NCBI GenBank assembly: GCA_037076615.1
Contig: AP029158.1
Coordinates: forward strand, 325,470-389,469
Source: Candidatus Parcubacteria bacterium
Lineage (GTDB): Bacteria; Patescibacteriota; Patescibacteriia; Patescibacteriales; UBA12465
Length of the DNA: 64,000 bases
Direction: 5' to 3'
How positions within the stretch are numbered: the stretch's first letter is position 1; each line of letters opens with the position of its first letter. The notes beneath the pieces were generated by a model. The model had not been told where the DNA came from, searched no databases, and was given only the letters and a program-made list of their open reading frames with translations. This document shows positions 1 to 9,340 of this stretch, in pieces. The translations under genes were made by a program, and so were the position numbers.

Positions 1-1914
1 TTTATTTATAACCCAACAGGAAAATTAATTTCAAATGGTACCCCAGGTAGTTATAAACCTGGCTGGGATGAGACACTCCATAGCGATGCAATAATAGTTT
101 ATAACTGGTCTACCGGGTACAATGGAGGTGTTGGGTCTCCAGCTATAGGGTATCATGCAAAATGGGTGTATGAAGGAATTGATGGCGCAAACGATCCTTG
201 TATTAAATTTGTTGATAAAAATGACGTGTATGGCTTAGGACATAGGTGGCAGGGAATTTCTCAGTCTTTAGGAACCCCAGCTTCATTAGGATGGGTAGTT
301 GGAGACAAAATTACAATAAGCTGGAAACAGAAAGTTGATGTCTTAAACAGAGGAAGTCAGGTGGGACTATACCACCATCTTATATCAACAGGCTCTTACT
401 CTTTTAATGGTAGTATAGCTACAATTTATGGGAAGAGTGTTAATAATTGGGAGCAAACATCATTCACTATAACAATAGATAATGATTGGGATTTGAATAA
501 AAATTTTATTATATATGTTTATTCGTCCGGCTCTTCTTATGGAACAACTTGGGTAGATAATGTTCAGGTAGAAAAAAAAGACCATTCCACTCCTTTTGTA
601 AGCGGGACAAGAATAGGGCGCTTAACTGACTCATCTGCCTATGAAAATCATGGCACTACTCCCATAAATCAATCTTTTATTCTCAGTGAAGACAGGTTCG
701 GCAGAGAAGGCGGGGCGATGAGTTTTGATGGTTTGAGTAATTATATAGATGCTGGTAGTTCAAATATTTTAAATTCAAACACAAGAACAATATCTGCCTG
801 GATTAAAACAGCTAGCACTGGAACTGTAAATAATTCTGGTACCATTGTTTCAAAAATTGCTAATACGCCACCTCATAATGGTTTTGTATTAAACATAAAT
901 AGGGAGGCTGCTGGAAAAATATATTATTACGCTGGTTCTTGGTATGGAACGAATTCTTCAGATTATAATAACGGTAATTGGCGACATATCGTTGTTGTTC
1001 ATGAGGGCACAAATCTTAGGTTTTATAAAGACGGAGTTTTGGATGGAAGTTATACTGCTTCGAGCCCAACAAATTATGAAGCTAATCTGCTTATTGGCAA
1101 AGAAAGAGATGGTGCTCCAAGATTATTTAATGGTTCAATAGACGACGTCCGCATTTATAACCGAGCCCTATCAGAAGAGGAAATAAAGTCTCTTTATGAT
1201 TCCTACAGTCCAAAAACAACCACTGGCTCCTTAGAACAAGGGCTTATATTAGATATGCCATTAAAGTCTAAATATACAAAAAGTGAGACCGCTGGGTCAC
1301 AAATAATGACCGATAGAACTGCTTATTCTCGCGATGGACAAAATTCTGGAGCAACAATAACAGAAGAAGGAGCTAGTTTTAATGGTTCTAATTATTATCA
1401 CATTAAAACAATAAATAATATTTTATTAGATGATAGTCAGGTGTATTCTGCCTGGGTAAAAGTTCCCGCTATTGATGGCGCTTTAAGAGGGGTATTAACA
1501 ACTCATAATCATGCACAAACATCAAACTTAGGTATAAACATTATAAATGGAAAGTTTTACATTTCAATTGGATATGCGGACGGAACAAGGGAGTATAATT
1601 CTAAGGGGACATCATTTTCTATAACCCCAAATGAATGGGCTCATGTAGTATTAGTTTATAATAAGAGTGAAAATTCCGTCCAGTTTTATGTGAATGGAAA
1701 CCCAGATAACAAATGGATGCTTACAAAAACTGTTAAATTTACTCCTGAAAAAATTTCGGTCGGAATTTGGTCGACTACCTATTCAGGGTATTTATATAAC
1801 GGCCAAATTTCCAATCTCCTCATCTACAACCGGGCTCTTTCTGAAGATGAAGTAAAAACTTTATATAACCGCGGGCGATCGGATGTTGGTATTATGTTTC
1901 AAACTAAAAACTAA
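1..1914 (+). CDS. Exported tandem LamG / concanavalin-A-like lectin domain protein, 5' end outside the window
   Basis: Frame 1 is open from base 1, and the track start at 166 is a GTG, so the gene begins upstream. There are two Laminin_G_3-type modules ending NGSIDDVRIYNRALSEEEIKSLY and NGQISNLLIYNRALSEDEVKTLY. The N-terminal jelly-roll-like part ends TWVDNVQVE. Confidence 0.7.
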   Translation, partial: FIYNPTGKLISNGTPGSYKPGWDETLHSDAIIVYNWSTGYNGGVGSPAIGYHAKWVYEGIDGANDPCIKFVDKNDVYGLGHRWQGISQSLGTPASLGWVVGDKITISWKQKVDVLNRGSQVGLYHHLISTGSYSFNGSIATIYGKSVNNWEQTSFTITIDNDWDLNKNFIIYVYSSGSSYGTTWVDNVQVEKKDHSTPFVSGTRIGRLTDSSAYENHGTTPINQSFILSEDRFGREGGAMSFDGLSNYIDAGSSNILNSNTRTISAWIKTASTGTVNNSGTIVSKIANTPPHNGFVLNINREAAGKIYYYAGSWYGTNSSDYNNGNWRHIVVVHEGTNLRFYKDGVLDGSYTASSPTNYEANLLIGKERDGAPRLFNGSIDDVRIYNRALSEEEIKSLYDSYSPKTTTGSLEQGLILDMPLKSKYTKSETAGSQIMTDRTAYSRDGQNSGATITEEGASFNGSNYYHIKTINNILLDDSQVYSAWVKVPAIDGALRGVLTTHNHAQTSNLGINIINGKFYISIGYADGTREYNSKGTSFSITPNEWAHVVLVYNKSENSVQFYVNGNPDNKWMLTKTVKFTPEKISVGIWSTTYSGYLYNGQISNLLIYNRALSEDEVKTLYNRGRSDVGIMFQTKN

Positions 1915-1936
1915 ACAATTCGCTAGTACTCCACTC

Positions 1937-1959
1937 AAAAAGGGCTTAGCCCTTTTTTT
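1937..1959 (+). terminator. Intrinsic terminator after the LamG gene
   Basis: Stem GGGC-TTA-GCCC (1942-1952) followed by a T7 run. Confidence 0.7.
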
Positions 1960-2033
1960 GTACCCTTGACTTTATTTTAATTTTAGGGTAAAAAATAGGC
2001 AATAATAGTATTTTTAACAATAAAATAATAGTA

Positions 2034-4160
2034 ATGGAAAAATTAAATTTGTTGATTCTGTTCGTCGCTGCACTGACATCTTTGTCCGTGCTGATCATGA
2101 AAAGTCGTTGGCTCCGCCGGCAAGAAGTTACTGAACCGGAACTCTTAAAAATCTCCGCTTACATTAAATCTGGAGTTTTAAGTTTTTTAAAACGTCAGTA
2201 TACCTCTTCAGGGGTTATCATTGGGATCGTGTTTTTAATTCTTTTAGTCTTAGCTTACCTAGACTTCATTAGTTTCTACACCCCCTTTGCGGTCTTAACC
2301 GGCGCTTTTTTCTCTGCGCTTTCCGCTTATTTTGGAATGACCGCGGCCACGCGCGCCAATGCCATTACTGCGCACCAAACAAAAAACGGCTTGAATAAGG
2401 GTTTCAAGGCTGCTTTAAATGGGGGTGCCGTGATGGGCTTTTCGGTCTGTGGTTTTGTCTTGTTAGATCTTGGTCTTTGGTATTCGACAATTTATTTGTT
2501 GAGCCCAAACATGCCGGCTAATGAACTGATGGGTGTAATTACTAGCACTGTTATAACTTTTTCCTTCGGTTCCAGCTTTATGGCCTTTATGGCTCGTGTC
2601 GCTGGTGGCATTTTCACTAAAGCAGCGGATTTTGCCGCTGATGTGGTGGGAAAAGGTGAATACGGACTAGAAGAAGATGATGCCCGTAACCCGGCCACTA
2701 TCGCTGACAATGTCGGTGATAATGCTTCGGACATTGCGGGTATGGGCCAAGATTTGAATGAATCTTATGCGGGGGGTAACGCCGCTTCTATGGAAGCCGG
2801 TTTTGCTGCTCATGGGAACTACTCACTGGTTTACGGAACAGCTATTACGGCTTCAGTGCTAGTGATGCTGCCTTTAGCAATTTCAGCGATTGGCATTTTT
2901 GCTTCTATTATTGGATTAGCAGTTATCAAAGCTGATAGCTACGATGGTTTACTGAAAGGTGTTAGACGGGGGATTTATTTAACCTCCATTTTAATAGCTA
3001 TTGGCGCAGCGATTGTGATTGGTTTGGCAATGCCGAATTTAAATCTCTGGTTCTCAGTCTTGTTTGGTTTAATTACCGGTAATGCTATCTCTTATGTGGC
3101 TGAGTATTATACCAGTGCTGACTTCAAGCCGGTGAAAAAATTAGCCGAAAAAGCTAATGATGGTCACCCGAGTGTGATTGTAGAAGGGATTTCTTTGGGG
3201 ATGCGCAGCGTTTTAGTCACCGCTTTAGTGTTGGTGATAGGTATGTTAGCTGCCTTCTTTATTAGTGGTGGTGGCGATTATCAAATTGGCATTTATGGTG
3301 TGAGTTTGGCAGCAGTGGCAATGTTGTCAACGCTGCCGATTACTTTAACAGTAGATGCTTTTGGTCCGATCGCTGATAACGCTCAGGGGCTTATTGAAAT
3401 GACCCACCTAGGACCGGAACGCGCTAAAATTGGTAATTCCTTAGATTCACTTGGAAATACTACTGCCGCAACGGGAAAAGGTTATGCGATTGGTTCTGCG
3501 GCTTTTGCGGCGATTGCTTTAATTGGTGCTTTATGGAATGTGATTGAAGCGGCCATGACCAAGCAGGGAATTCCATCAGCGATTGTCAATTTGGATGTTC
3601 GTGATATTTGGATAATTTCTGGTTTAATCTTGGGCGTGGCCGTGCCTTGGCTTTTTTCAGCGAAGCTTTTAAAGGCGGTCGGCGATGCTGCCTCGGTTAT
3701 GATTCATGAAGTTAAAAGACAAATTAAAGACTTAAACTTGCTGGCTGGTAAGAATCAGCCTGATTATCAGAAATGTGTGGATATTAGTACGCGGGCGGCA
3801 CAACGCTTTAGTATTGCTCCAGCACTACTGGTAATCTTTATTCCTTTAATAATTGCGATTATCGGTGGACCGGCAATGATTGTTACCTTCTTATTAGCAA
3901 CACTCGCTTCCGGATTTTGTCAGGCTGTTTATATGGCCAATGCCGGCGGCGCTTGGGACAATGCCAAGAAGTATATTGAATCAGGCATGTTTGGCGGTAA
4001 AAACTCGCCGGCGCATAAAGCAGCTATTACTGGGGATATGGTTGGCGATCCTTTTAAAGATACCGCCGGACCTTCTCTTAATATTTTGATTAAACTGATG
4101 GTAACGGTTTCGATTCTGACCGCTCCGGTAACAGTTTATCTCCATTATTTAATATTTTAA
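2034..4160 (+). CDS. hppA: Membrane-bound ion-translocating pyrophosphatase
   Basis: Polytopic membrane protein with the M-PPase motifs [57 protein letters not shown] and [33 protein letters not shown] carries the Ala of the K+-dependent subfamily. Confidence 0.93.
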   Translation: MEKLNLLILFVAALTSLSVLIMKSRWLRRQEVTEPELLKISAYIKSGVLSFLKRQYTSSGVIIGIVFLILLVLAYLDFISFYTPFAVLTGAFFSALSAYFGMTAATRANAITAHQTKNGLNKGFKAALNGGAVMGFSVCGFVLLDLGLWYSTIYLLSPNMPANELMGVITSTVITFSFGSSFMAFMARVAGGIFTKAADFAADVVGKGEYGLEEDDARNPATIADNVGDNASDIAGMGQDLNESYAGGNAASMEAGFAAHGNYSLVYGTAITASVLVMLPLAISAIGIFASIIGLAVIKADSYDGLLKGVRRGIYLTSILIAIGAAIVIGLAMPNLNLWFSVLFGLITGNAISYVAEYYTSADFKPVKKLAEKANDGHPSVIVEGISLGMRSVLVTALVLVIGMLAAFFISGGGDYQIGIYGVSLAAVAMLSTLPITLTVDAFGPIADNAQGLIEMTHLGPERAKIGNSLDSLGNTTAATGKGYAIGSAAFAAIALIGALWNVIEAAMTKQGIPSAIVNLDVRDIWIISGLILGVAVPWLFSAKLLKAVGDAASVMIHEVKRQIKDLNLLAGKNQPDYQKCVDISTRAAQRFSIAPALLVIFIPLIIAIIGGPAMIVTFLLATLASGFCQAVYMANAGGAWDNAKKYIESGMFGGKNSPAHKAAITGDMVGDPFKDTAGPSLNILIKLMVTVSILTAPVTVYLHYLIF

Positions 4161-4171
4161 CTAAAAAAATA

Positions 4172-4205
4172 AAACCTGGCTTAAAAAAAGTCAGGTTTTT
4201 TTTTA
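4172..4205. terminator. Bidirectional intrinsic terminator between hppA and the convergent gene
   Basis: ACCTGGC / GTCAGGT stem with one mismatch, an A-run before it and a T-run after it. Confidence 0.6.
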
Positions 4206-4211
4206 TTTTTT

Positions 4212-4766
4212 TTACTCTTCAAATTGAAGAGAAAGTTGCCAGGCTTGCAGCGGTGGTCGCTCTTTTTTTTGGGGCAAGCGCTCATTGACACAAGGTAAAG
4301 GTTCGCCGATAAAGATTTTAAAAATTTCTTCGGCTTTTGGCCTTGTTGGTAACCCTACAACTTTCTTTAAAAGTGTTAAAGCTTTTTTCTTTAAAGTTTT
4401 AGTTTTTAAAGATAGAATCAGGTTTAGTTTTAAAGGTAAGAGATAATCATTGTAGTGGTTAGAGCGCAGTGTTTGCTGACAATCAGGATTCTCGCAACAA
4501 ACTAAGGTCTCCATCACTGTTTCTGAGTTAAGATACAAAAAATACTTTACTCTCTTCTGGCGACAGACAGGGCAGAGAACGATGGTTTCCGGAGTGCCTT
4601 CTAAAAGGGACTTCAGATGATCTTGGAGGTTATTGCATTCTTTTCCGCGCTGGCGATACTTATTTAAAGTCGCCACATATTCTGGGTCCTTAAAGACTAA
4701 TTCTTCAAGATATTCACCGGCATAACGCCCGCTCTGCATTAGATACGGTCCAATAATTTCCTTCAT
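4212..4766 (-). CDS. Hypothetical protein with zinc-ribbon-like cysteines
   Basis: ORF containing LCPVCRQK ... VCCENPDCQ. The start is moved to the ATG at 4766 (MKEIIGPY) because the track start at 4811 lies inside the predicted promoter (-10 at 4800-4805). Confidence 0.45.
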   Translation of the reverse strand: MKEIIGPYLMQSGRYAGEYLEELVFKDPEYVATLNKYRQRGKECNNLQDHLKSLLEGTPETIVLCPVCRQKRVKYFLYLNSETVMETLVCCENPDCQQTLRSNHYNDYLLPLKLNLILSLKTKTLKKKALTLLKKVVGLPTRPKAEEIFKIFIGEPLPCVNERLPQKKERPPLQAWQLSLQFEE

Positions 4767-4799
4767 TTTATTATATTTTTTTGTTAAACAACTGTTTTT

Positions 4800-4828
4800 A
4801 TAATAGAACATTTTGGTGAAAAAGTCAA
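4800..4828 (-). promoter_or_regulatory. Sigma70-type promoter for the Zn-ribbon gene
   Basis: Minus strand reads TTGACT, 17 nt, TATTAT. Confidence 0.55.
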
Positions 4829-4837
4829 ATTAAAGAC

Positions 4838-4866
4838 TTGGCTACGGAAGATAAAACTGGTATAAT
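4838..4866 (+). promoter_or_regulatory. Sigma70-type promoter for the peroxiredoxin gene
   Basis: TTGGCT, 17 nt, TATAAT, 32 nt before the ATG at 4899. It lies back to back with the divergent promoter. Confidence 0.6.
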
Positions 4867-4898
4867 TAACTTTAATTAATAAATAAAAATATAATTTT

Positions 4899-5627
4899 AT
4901 GGAAGAAAATAAAGAAAAATTATTGGAAGCTGTTGGTGTTCCTCGGATTGGTGACAAAGCTCCCGCTTTTAAGGCGGTTACCACTCAAGGAGATATTAAT
5001 TTCCCCGAGCAATACTTGGGAAAGTGGGTTATTCTTTTTAGTCATCCAGCTGATTTTACCCCGGTTTGTACCTCAGAATTTATGACTTTTGCTTCAATGC
5101 AGGAAAAGTTTGCTAACGCTAACTGCCAATTAGTAGGCCTTTCTATTGATGGTCTTTATAGCCACATTGCTTGGCTTCGGACAATTAAAGAGAAAATTGA
5201 GTATAAGGGGATGAAAAATATGGAGGTTAAGTTCCCCTTGATTGAAGATATTACCATGGAAGTCGCTAATAAATACGGCATGGTTCAGCCTGGAGAGAGT
5301 GTTACGAAAGCAGTCCGGGCAGTTTTCTTTATAGATCCCGCGGGCGTTATCAAAGCAGTTATTTATTATCCAGCTAGCCTTGGTCGCAATTTTGATGAAA
5401 TTTACCGCGCTTTAATTGGTTTGCAGGTAGCGGAAAAGTTTAAAGTTGCTTTGCCGGCTGATTGGCGTCCTGGTGACGATGTTATTGTTCCAACCGCTGG
5501 TTCTTGTGGTGTTGCCGAAGATAGGATGACTGATGCTAGTGGTGATTTAACTTGCCATGATTGGTTTTTTTGCACTAAAAAACTCAGCGCCGACGAGATA
5601 AATAAAGAATTAGGATTTGAAGTTTAG
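4899..5627 (+). CDS. Peroxiredoxin, Prx6 / 1-Cys-like with a Cys-containing C-terminal extension
   Basis: Peroxidatic motif FSHPADFTPVCTSEF and AhpC/TSA-fold length. The C-terminal tail reads GSCGVAEDR...LTCHDWFFC. Confidence 0.9.
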   Translation: MEENKEKLLEAVGVPRIGDKAPAFKAVTTQGDINFPEQYLGKWVILFSHPADFTPVCTSEFMTFASMQEKFANANCQLVGLSIDGLYSHIAWLRTIKEKIEYKGMKNMEVKFPLIEDITMEVANKYGMVQPGESVTKAVRAVFFIDPAGVIKAVIYYPASLGRNFDEIYRALIGLQVAEKFKVALPADWRPGDDVIVPTAGSCGVAEDRMTDASGDLTCHDWFFCTKKLSADEINKELGFEV

Positions 5628-5697
5628 TTTAGATAAAAATAAAATAGGTCTCAAAATAGGGGCCTATTTTTTGTTTAAATTTAATTTAGGAAAAACT

Positions 5698-6879
5698 ATG
5701 GCGATTAAAAATCTGATTATTAATTTAGGGAGTGCCTCAAAGAAGTATGCACTCTATCAGGATCTAGATCTTATTTATCAAGCCCACTTTGAACAAGAAG
5801 GGGAAGAGTTAATTGTTAGCGAAACGGTGGGTGATAAAAAAAGTAAGCGCTGCTTAGATGACAATCTTTACGTCGAGTCAGTGGGGGTTGTGTTGGATTC
5901 TTTAATTGAACGCGGCATTATTTCTAAGCGCGAAGACATTGATTTGGTGAGTGTGCGCATTGTGGCGCCAGGAGAATATTTTTTAAAGCATCGTTTGCTT
6001 GATGATGAATATTTAAAGATGGCCGATATTGCTGTTAAAAAAGCGCCTCTACACTTAGCCCCGGCACTGGTGGAAATAAAAAGCGTTAAAAAATTCTTTG
6101 GTACGGAGCAAAAAATTGCGGCTATTTCCGATTCGGCTTTTCATAGCACCTTGCCAGAAAAAGCGCGTTTATTTGCGATTCCAATTGCTGATAGTCGCCG
6201 TTTAGGCTTGTATCGCTTTGGCTATCACGGCATCTCGGTCCAGTCTGTAACTGCTCAGGCCAAAGAAGCTTTAAAAGAAATTCCCGCTAAAACCATTGTT
6301 TGTCACTTAGGTGGTGGTGCTAGTGTTACGGCTCTAGCTAATGGTGAAAGCATTCAAACTTCTTTAGGTTTTACTCCTTTAGATGGTTTAGTGATGGCCA
6401 CTCGTGTTGGCGACATTGACCCTGGGGCCGTCCTTTATTTGATGGAAGAGTTAAAAATGAATAGTGATGAAATTGAAGCTTATTTTAACTCTCAGTGCGG
6501 CCTGCTCGGTTTATCTGGTAAGAGTTCGGATATCCGTCAGCTTTTAGAATTAGAGGCGGCCGGTGATAAAGATGCCACCTTAGCTTTAGAAGTTTATGTT
6601 GATCGGGTTTGTGAGCATATTGCTCGGTCCGCTTCTGCCTTAAATGGCGTAGATTTATTAATCTTGGCCGGTACCGTCAGCGAACGCTCCTTTATTCTAC
6701 GGGAACGCATTTGTCGTCGTCTGGCTTTTTTAGGCGTGAAGATTGATGAGGAGTTAAATAATAACTCCAGCGGTGTGGAGGTCGTTTTAAGCGCTCCAGA
6801 AAGCAAAGTTAGAGTGGTGGTTGCTAAAACCGATGAGATGAAAGAAATGGCTAAAGATGCGCGGGCGCTAATCGCTTAA
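5698..6879 (+). CDS. ackA: Acetate kinase
   Basis: Motifs NLGSASKKYALY, FGYHGIS, CHLGGGASVTA and ATRVGDIDPG. The start is set at ATG 5698 (MAIKNL) because the track extension from 5617 overlaps the prx stop and a terminator-like hairpin at about 5642-5672. Confidence 0.9.
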   Translation: MAIKNLIINLGSASKKYALYQDLDLIYQAHFEQEGEELIVSETVGDKKSKRCLDDNLYVESVGVVLDSLIERGIISKREDIDLVSVRIVAPGEYFLKHRLLDDEYLKMADIAVKKAPLHLAPALVEIKSVKKFFGTEQKIAAISDSAFHSTLPEKARLFAIPIADSRRLGLYRFGYHGISVQSVTAQAKEALKEIPAKTIVCHLGGGASVTALANGESIQTSLGFTPLDGLVMATRVGDIDPGAVLYLMEELKMNSDEIEAYFNSQCGLLGLSGKSSDIRQLLELEAAGDKDATLALEVYVDRVCEHIARSASALNGVDLLILAGTVSERSFILRERICRRLAFLGVKIDEELNNNSSGVEVVLSAPESKVRVVVAKTDEMKEMAKDARALIA

Positions 6880-6884
6880 AAAAT

Positions 6885-6909
6885 AAAGGCCCCTTACGGG
6901 GCCTTTTTT
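6885..6909. terminator. Bidirectional intrinsic terminator (ackA / pilin)
   Basis: GGCCCC-TTAC-GGGGCC stem flanked by an A-run and a T-run. Confidence 0.75.
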
Positions 6910-7369
6910 AATAGATTTCTAATTGATAATGATAGTAGTCGTCGGTGTTCGGTAAAGTAATCGGTTGAGCGTCATCATGGTCGGAATTTTCTCGCTCGAG
7001 AGCAAAGCTTAAGGTCGCCGGGTAAATACCATCCGCTTTGGCGGTCGTGAGTCGTTTATAACAATAAGGAACAACCCCTTTAGGATCTTTGGGCAGTGCT
7101 GCTAGATAAGGCGCAAGCTCTGTTTTTAAACAAGTTTCCCAAGCCGCTTCATTATCACAGGCCGTGCAATCAGGGTATTGGAAGTTATGATCATCGTAGT
7201 AAGCCTCAAGAGCAATCACTAATTGCTTCATATCAATTAAGCGCACCGCATCGCGAGAACTCTGACGATAAATTTGGTAGCCAAAGAGGCCGCCGCTAGT
7301 TAAAACGCCGATAATGCCAACCGTGACTAACAATTCAATTAAAGTGAAAGCCTTTAGTTTTTTCTTCAT
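6908..7369 (-). CDS. Type IV pilin / pseudopilin-like protein with prepilin N-terminal motif
   Basis: N-terminus MKKKLKAFTLIELLVTVGIIGVL, which is the class III signal with the G/A-FTLIE motif and a hydrophobic helix. Confidence 0.8.
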   Translation of the reverse strand: MKKKLKAFTLIELLVTVGIIGVLTSGGLFGYQIYRQSSRDAVRLIDMKQLVIALEAYYDDHNFQYPDCTACDNEAAWETCLKTELAPYLAALPKDPKGVVPYCYKRLTTAKADGIYPATLSFALERENSDHDDAQPITLPNTDDYYHYQLEIY

Positions 7370-7405
7370 TTTCTTATTATAACATCTCTTTAGTCTTCAG
7401 GAAAT

Positions 7406-7636
7406 AAAAAAAGCGACCGTCGTTACGACAGTCGCTCAAGGAAGAGGGGAGGAGGTTGTTTAAGAAAAAATTATTTACGGACTTTTTGTCTCAGCTGTTT
7501 TCTGAGATATTGGCGGACATGGCGTCCAATCAGAAAAGAAATCTTCCCCTGGGGCCTTCGGTTTTGGCGGAGGCGGGACTAAATAAAAATCATACATTTT
7601 GCTGTGTTTTTATGTTGTTAATAAAAAAATTACAAG
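7406..7636 (-). ncRNA. Candidate small RNA or attenuating leader upstream of the pilin gene
   Basis: On the minus strand a promoter (7643-7671) is followed about 200 nt later by a GC-rich hairpin (7413-7435) and a U7 run (complement of A-run 7406-7412). CCUCCUCCCCUCUUCC lies directly 5' of that hairpin. There is no convincing ORF on either strand. Confidence 0.3.
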
Positions 7637-7642
7637 ATTTCT

Positions 7643-7671
7643 ACTCTAGCAAAAAGTATTTAGGCTGTCAA
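7643..7671 (-). promoter_or_regulatory. Extended -10 promoter driving the 7.4-7.6 kb non-coding unit
   Basis: Minus strand reads TTGACA, 17 nt ending in TGc, TAGAGT. Confidence 0.45.
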
Positions 7672-7710
7672 GACACTCTAAATAAAGGAAGGGTTTTTCC
7701 TTAAATTTAA

Positions 7711-7741
7711 TAAAAAAAGACGAGTTTTTTTGAACTCGTCT
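7711..7741 (-). terminator. Intrinsic terminator of phoH2
   Basis: AGACGAGTT / AACTCGTCT stem followed on the minus strand by a T-run. Confidence 0.8.
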
Positions 7742-7750
7742 TAATAAAAT

Positions 7751-9193
7751 TTATAATACCTTTTCCGCGAAGGCGGCAACCTCAGATCTAACTGTATGAG
7801 TTAGGTGGGTCACGCCAATCATCGGATTACCCTCCATTTTTGCCATCGCATAAGCAAGACCGGAGTTGTCGGCATTTAAAAAACGCCGGTCAATTTGGCC
7901 TAAGTCTCCAACTAAGATTACCTTAGAATTACGACCCATGCGGGTAATAATTTGTTTAACCTCAATCGGCGACAAGTCTTGCGCCTCATCAATAATCAAA
8001 CAGGTTTTGTGGTAAGTTCTACCTTTGTAATATTGGATAGAGTTTACCTTAATTCCCAGTTCGGCTAGAAATTCAAACGGCCTTTTTCGCAGCACTCGCA
8101 GCAGCTCTTCGTTGCTTGAAGTCTTCTTTCTGTTTGTAGTGCCGCTGTCGGGAGTAATTAAACCATGCATGAAAAAATCTGGATTTTTTGCATTGGCATC
8201 AATAATTACTTCCAGGTTTTGCAAGAAAGGATCCATGTACTCAGCCATCTTGGCATTCATATCCCCCGGTAAAAAACCGAGCCGGTCAATGTCGCCAATC
8301 AAAATGGTCGGACGGGTCAGAATAATATTTCGGTAATTACTTCTTTGCTCTAAGGCCGAAGCTAGAGCTAGCAAAGTTTTACCGGAACCGGCGCTGCCGG
8401 AAGCCAGAACCACCTGAATTTCCGGGTCCAACAACTGAGCTAAAAGTAATTCTTGTTCCCAATTTCTGGCTCCTTCATTCTGCGACTTAACCGCACAAGC
8501 CGAAATTGATTTAGGAATTCTTTTTAGCTCTGAGCCCTTTCTGTAGGCTAGAGATAAATCTCCCTGTTCATTGATTATTATGCCGCCGTTGGCTTTTAAT
8601 TCGGGGAAGCGTTCCTTGCAAAATTTTATTTTGCAATCGGCCCCCTCGTAATCAGTATCCCGCATTTTAACAGTTTCTAGTTCAGCGCGGGGTTCCAATT
8701 TAACACTCACTCGAATGTTTTTAAAGCGTTCCACTTCCACGAGCTTATTTTTTTCAAAGAAGCTAGAGGCTAGAAGCAACATACTCGTGTCATCGGTTAC
8801 CAATTTTATTTTTTGGTAATCGGGGTAAGAGTTGGTTTTTGATCTCACGACATGATTCAAACAAGCAATGATCCGGTTGTCCGGCATTTCCTTGTCTAAA
8901 CCTAGCTTTGAAAAATTTTCACTCCACAGGATTTGTAGTTTGCCTTCCTGGTGATACTTTAAAATTAGATTAGAAGCCATTCTCGCTTCATGACTAACTT
9001 CTGGTTTCTTCTTCAATCCATCCAATTCCAGAATCACCATTCTTGGAATAATCAAAAGATTATCGCCCTTAATGAATTCTTCAATGGCGGTATAATCATT
9101 AATCAACACGTTAGTGTCAACAATAATTACATTGCCTTTCTTAGTGTTGGCCTTTTCCTCCGGGGTGGCCGAAATTTTTTTCTTTCTTTCCAT
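7751..9193 (-). CDS. PhoH2-type protein (N-terminal PIN domain fused to PhoH-like ATPase)
   Basis: PIN-like N-terminus (IIVDTNVLINDY ... DNRIIA), then Walker A GSAGSGKTLLALA, Walker B LIIDEAQDL and a PhoH C-terminal region. Confidence 0.85.
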   Translation of the reverse strand: MERKKKISATPEEKANTKKGNVIIVDTNVLINDYTAIEEFIKGDNLLIIPRMVILELDGLKKKPEVSHEARMASNLILKYHQEGKLQILWSENFSKLGLDKEMPDNRIIACLNHVVRSKTNSYPDYQKIKLVTDDTSMLLLASSFFEKNKLVEVERFKNIRVSVKLEPRAELETVKMRDTDYEGADCKIKFCKERFPELKANGGIIINEQGDLSLAYRKGSELKRIPKSISACAVKSQNEGARNWEQELLLAQLLDPEIQVVLASGSAGSGKTLLALASALEQRSNYRNIILTRPTILIGDIDRLGFLPGDMNAKMAEYMDPFLQNLEVIIDANAKNPDFFMHGLITPDSGTTNRKKTSSNEELLRVLRKRPFEFLAELGIKVNSIQYYKGRTYHKTCLIIDEAQDLSPIEVKQIITRMGRNSKVILVGDLGQIDRRFLNADNSGLAYAMAKMEGNPMIGVTHLTHTVRSEVAAFAEKVL

Positions 9194-9277
9194 ATTATTT
9201 TTTTAATGAACGGTTATTTGGTTTAAAGTTAACATAAAAAGCTAAAAAAATCAAGCTGCTAAACCCCTTAAAAAGAC

Positions 9278-9306
9278 TTGTCAAAAAAGAACTTTTTGCC
9301 TATAAT
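9278..9306 (+). promoter_or_regulatory. Sigma70-type promoter for the IMPDH-like gene
   Basis: TTGTCA, 17 nt, TATAAT. The track ORF start (TTG at 9278) is the -35 hexamer itself. Confidence 0.6.
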
Positions 9307-9340
9307 GAGTCGGTTGTCTAAAAAATTATTATTTTATTCT

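Noticed and set aside
5617-5697. Upstream extension of ackA overlapping the prx stop
   Set aside because: The extension spans a terminator-like hairpin and has no similarity to acetate kinase N-termini. The conserved N-terminal NLGS.S.K motif begins right after ATG 5698.
7456-7704. 82-aa plus-strand ORF in the phoH2-pilin spacer
   Set aside because: It starts at a TTG directly abutting the GGAGG, with no spacing. The sequence is low-complexity and implausible, and there is no promoter on this strand. The region is better explained as a minus-strand non-coding unit.
7380-7750. RNase P RNA, SRP RNA, tmRNA or 6S RNA in the long spacer
   Set aside because: The only resemblance is AAAGUCCG on the minus strand. 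The other universally conserved blocks are absent by eye: RNase P GAGGAAAGUCC / ACAGAA..GGCUUA, SRP GGAAGCAG with a GNAR loop, and the tmRNA tag ORF and CCA end. This needs cmscan to be certain.
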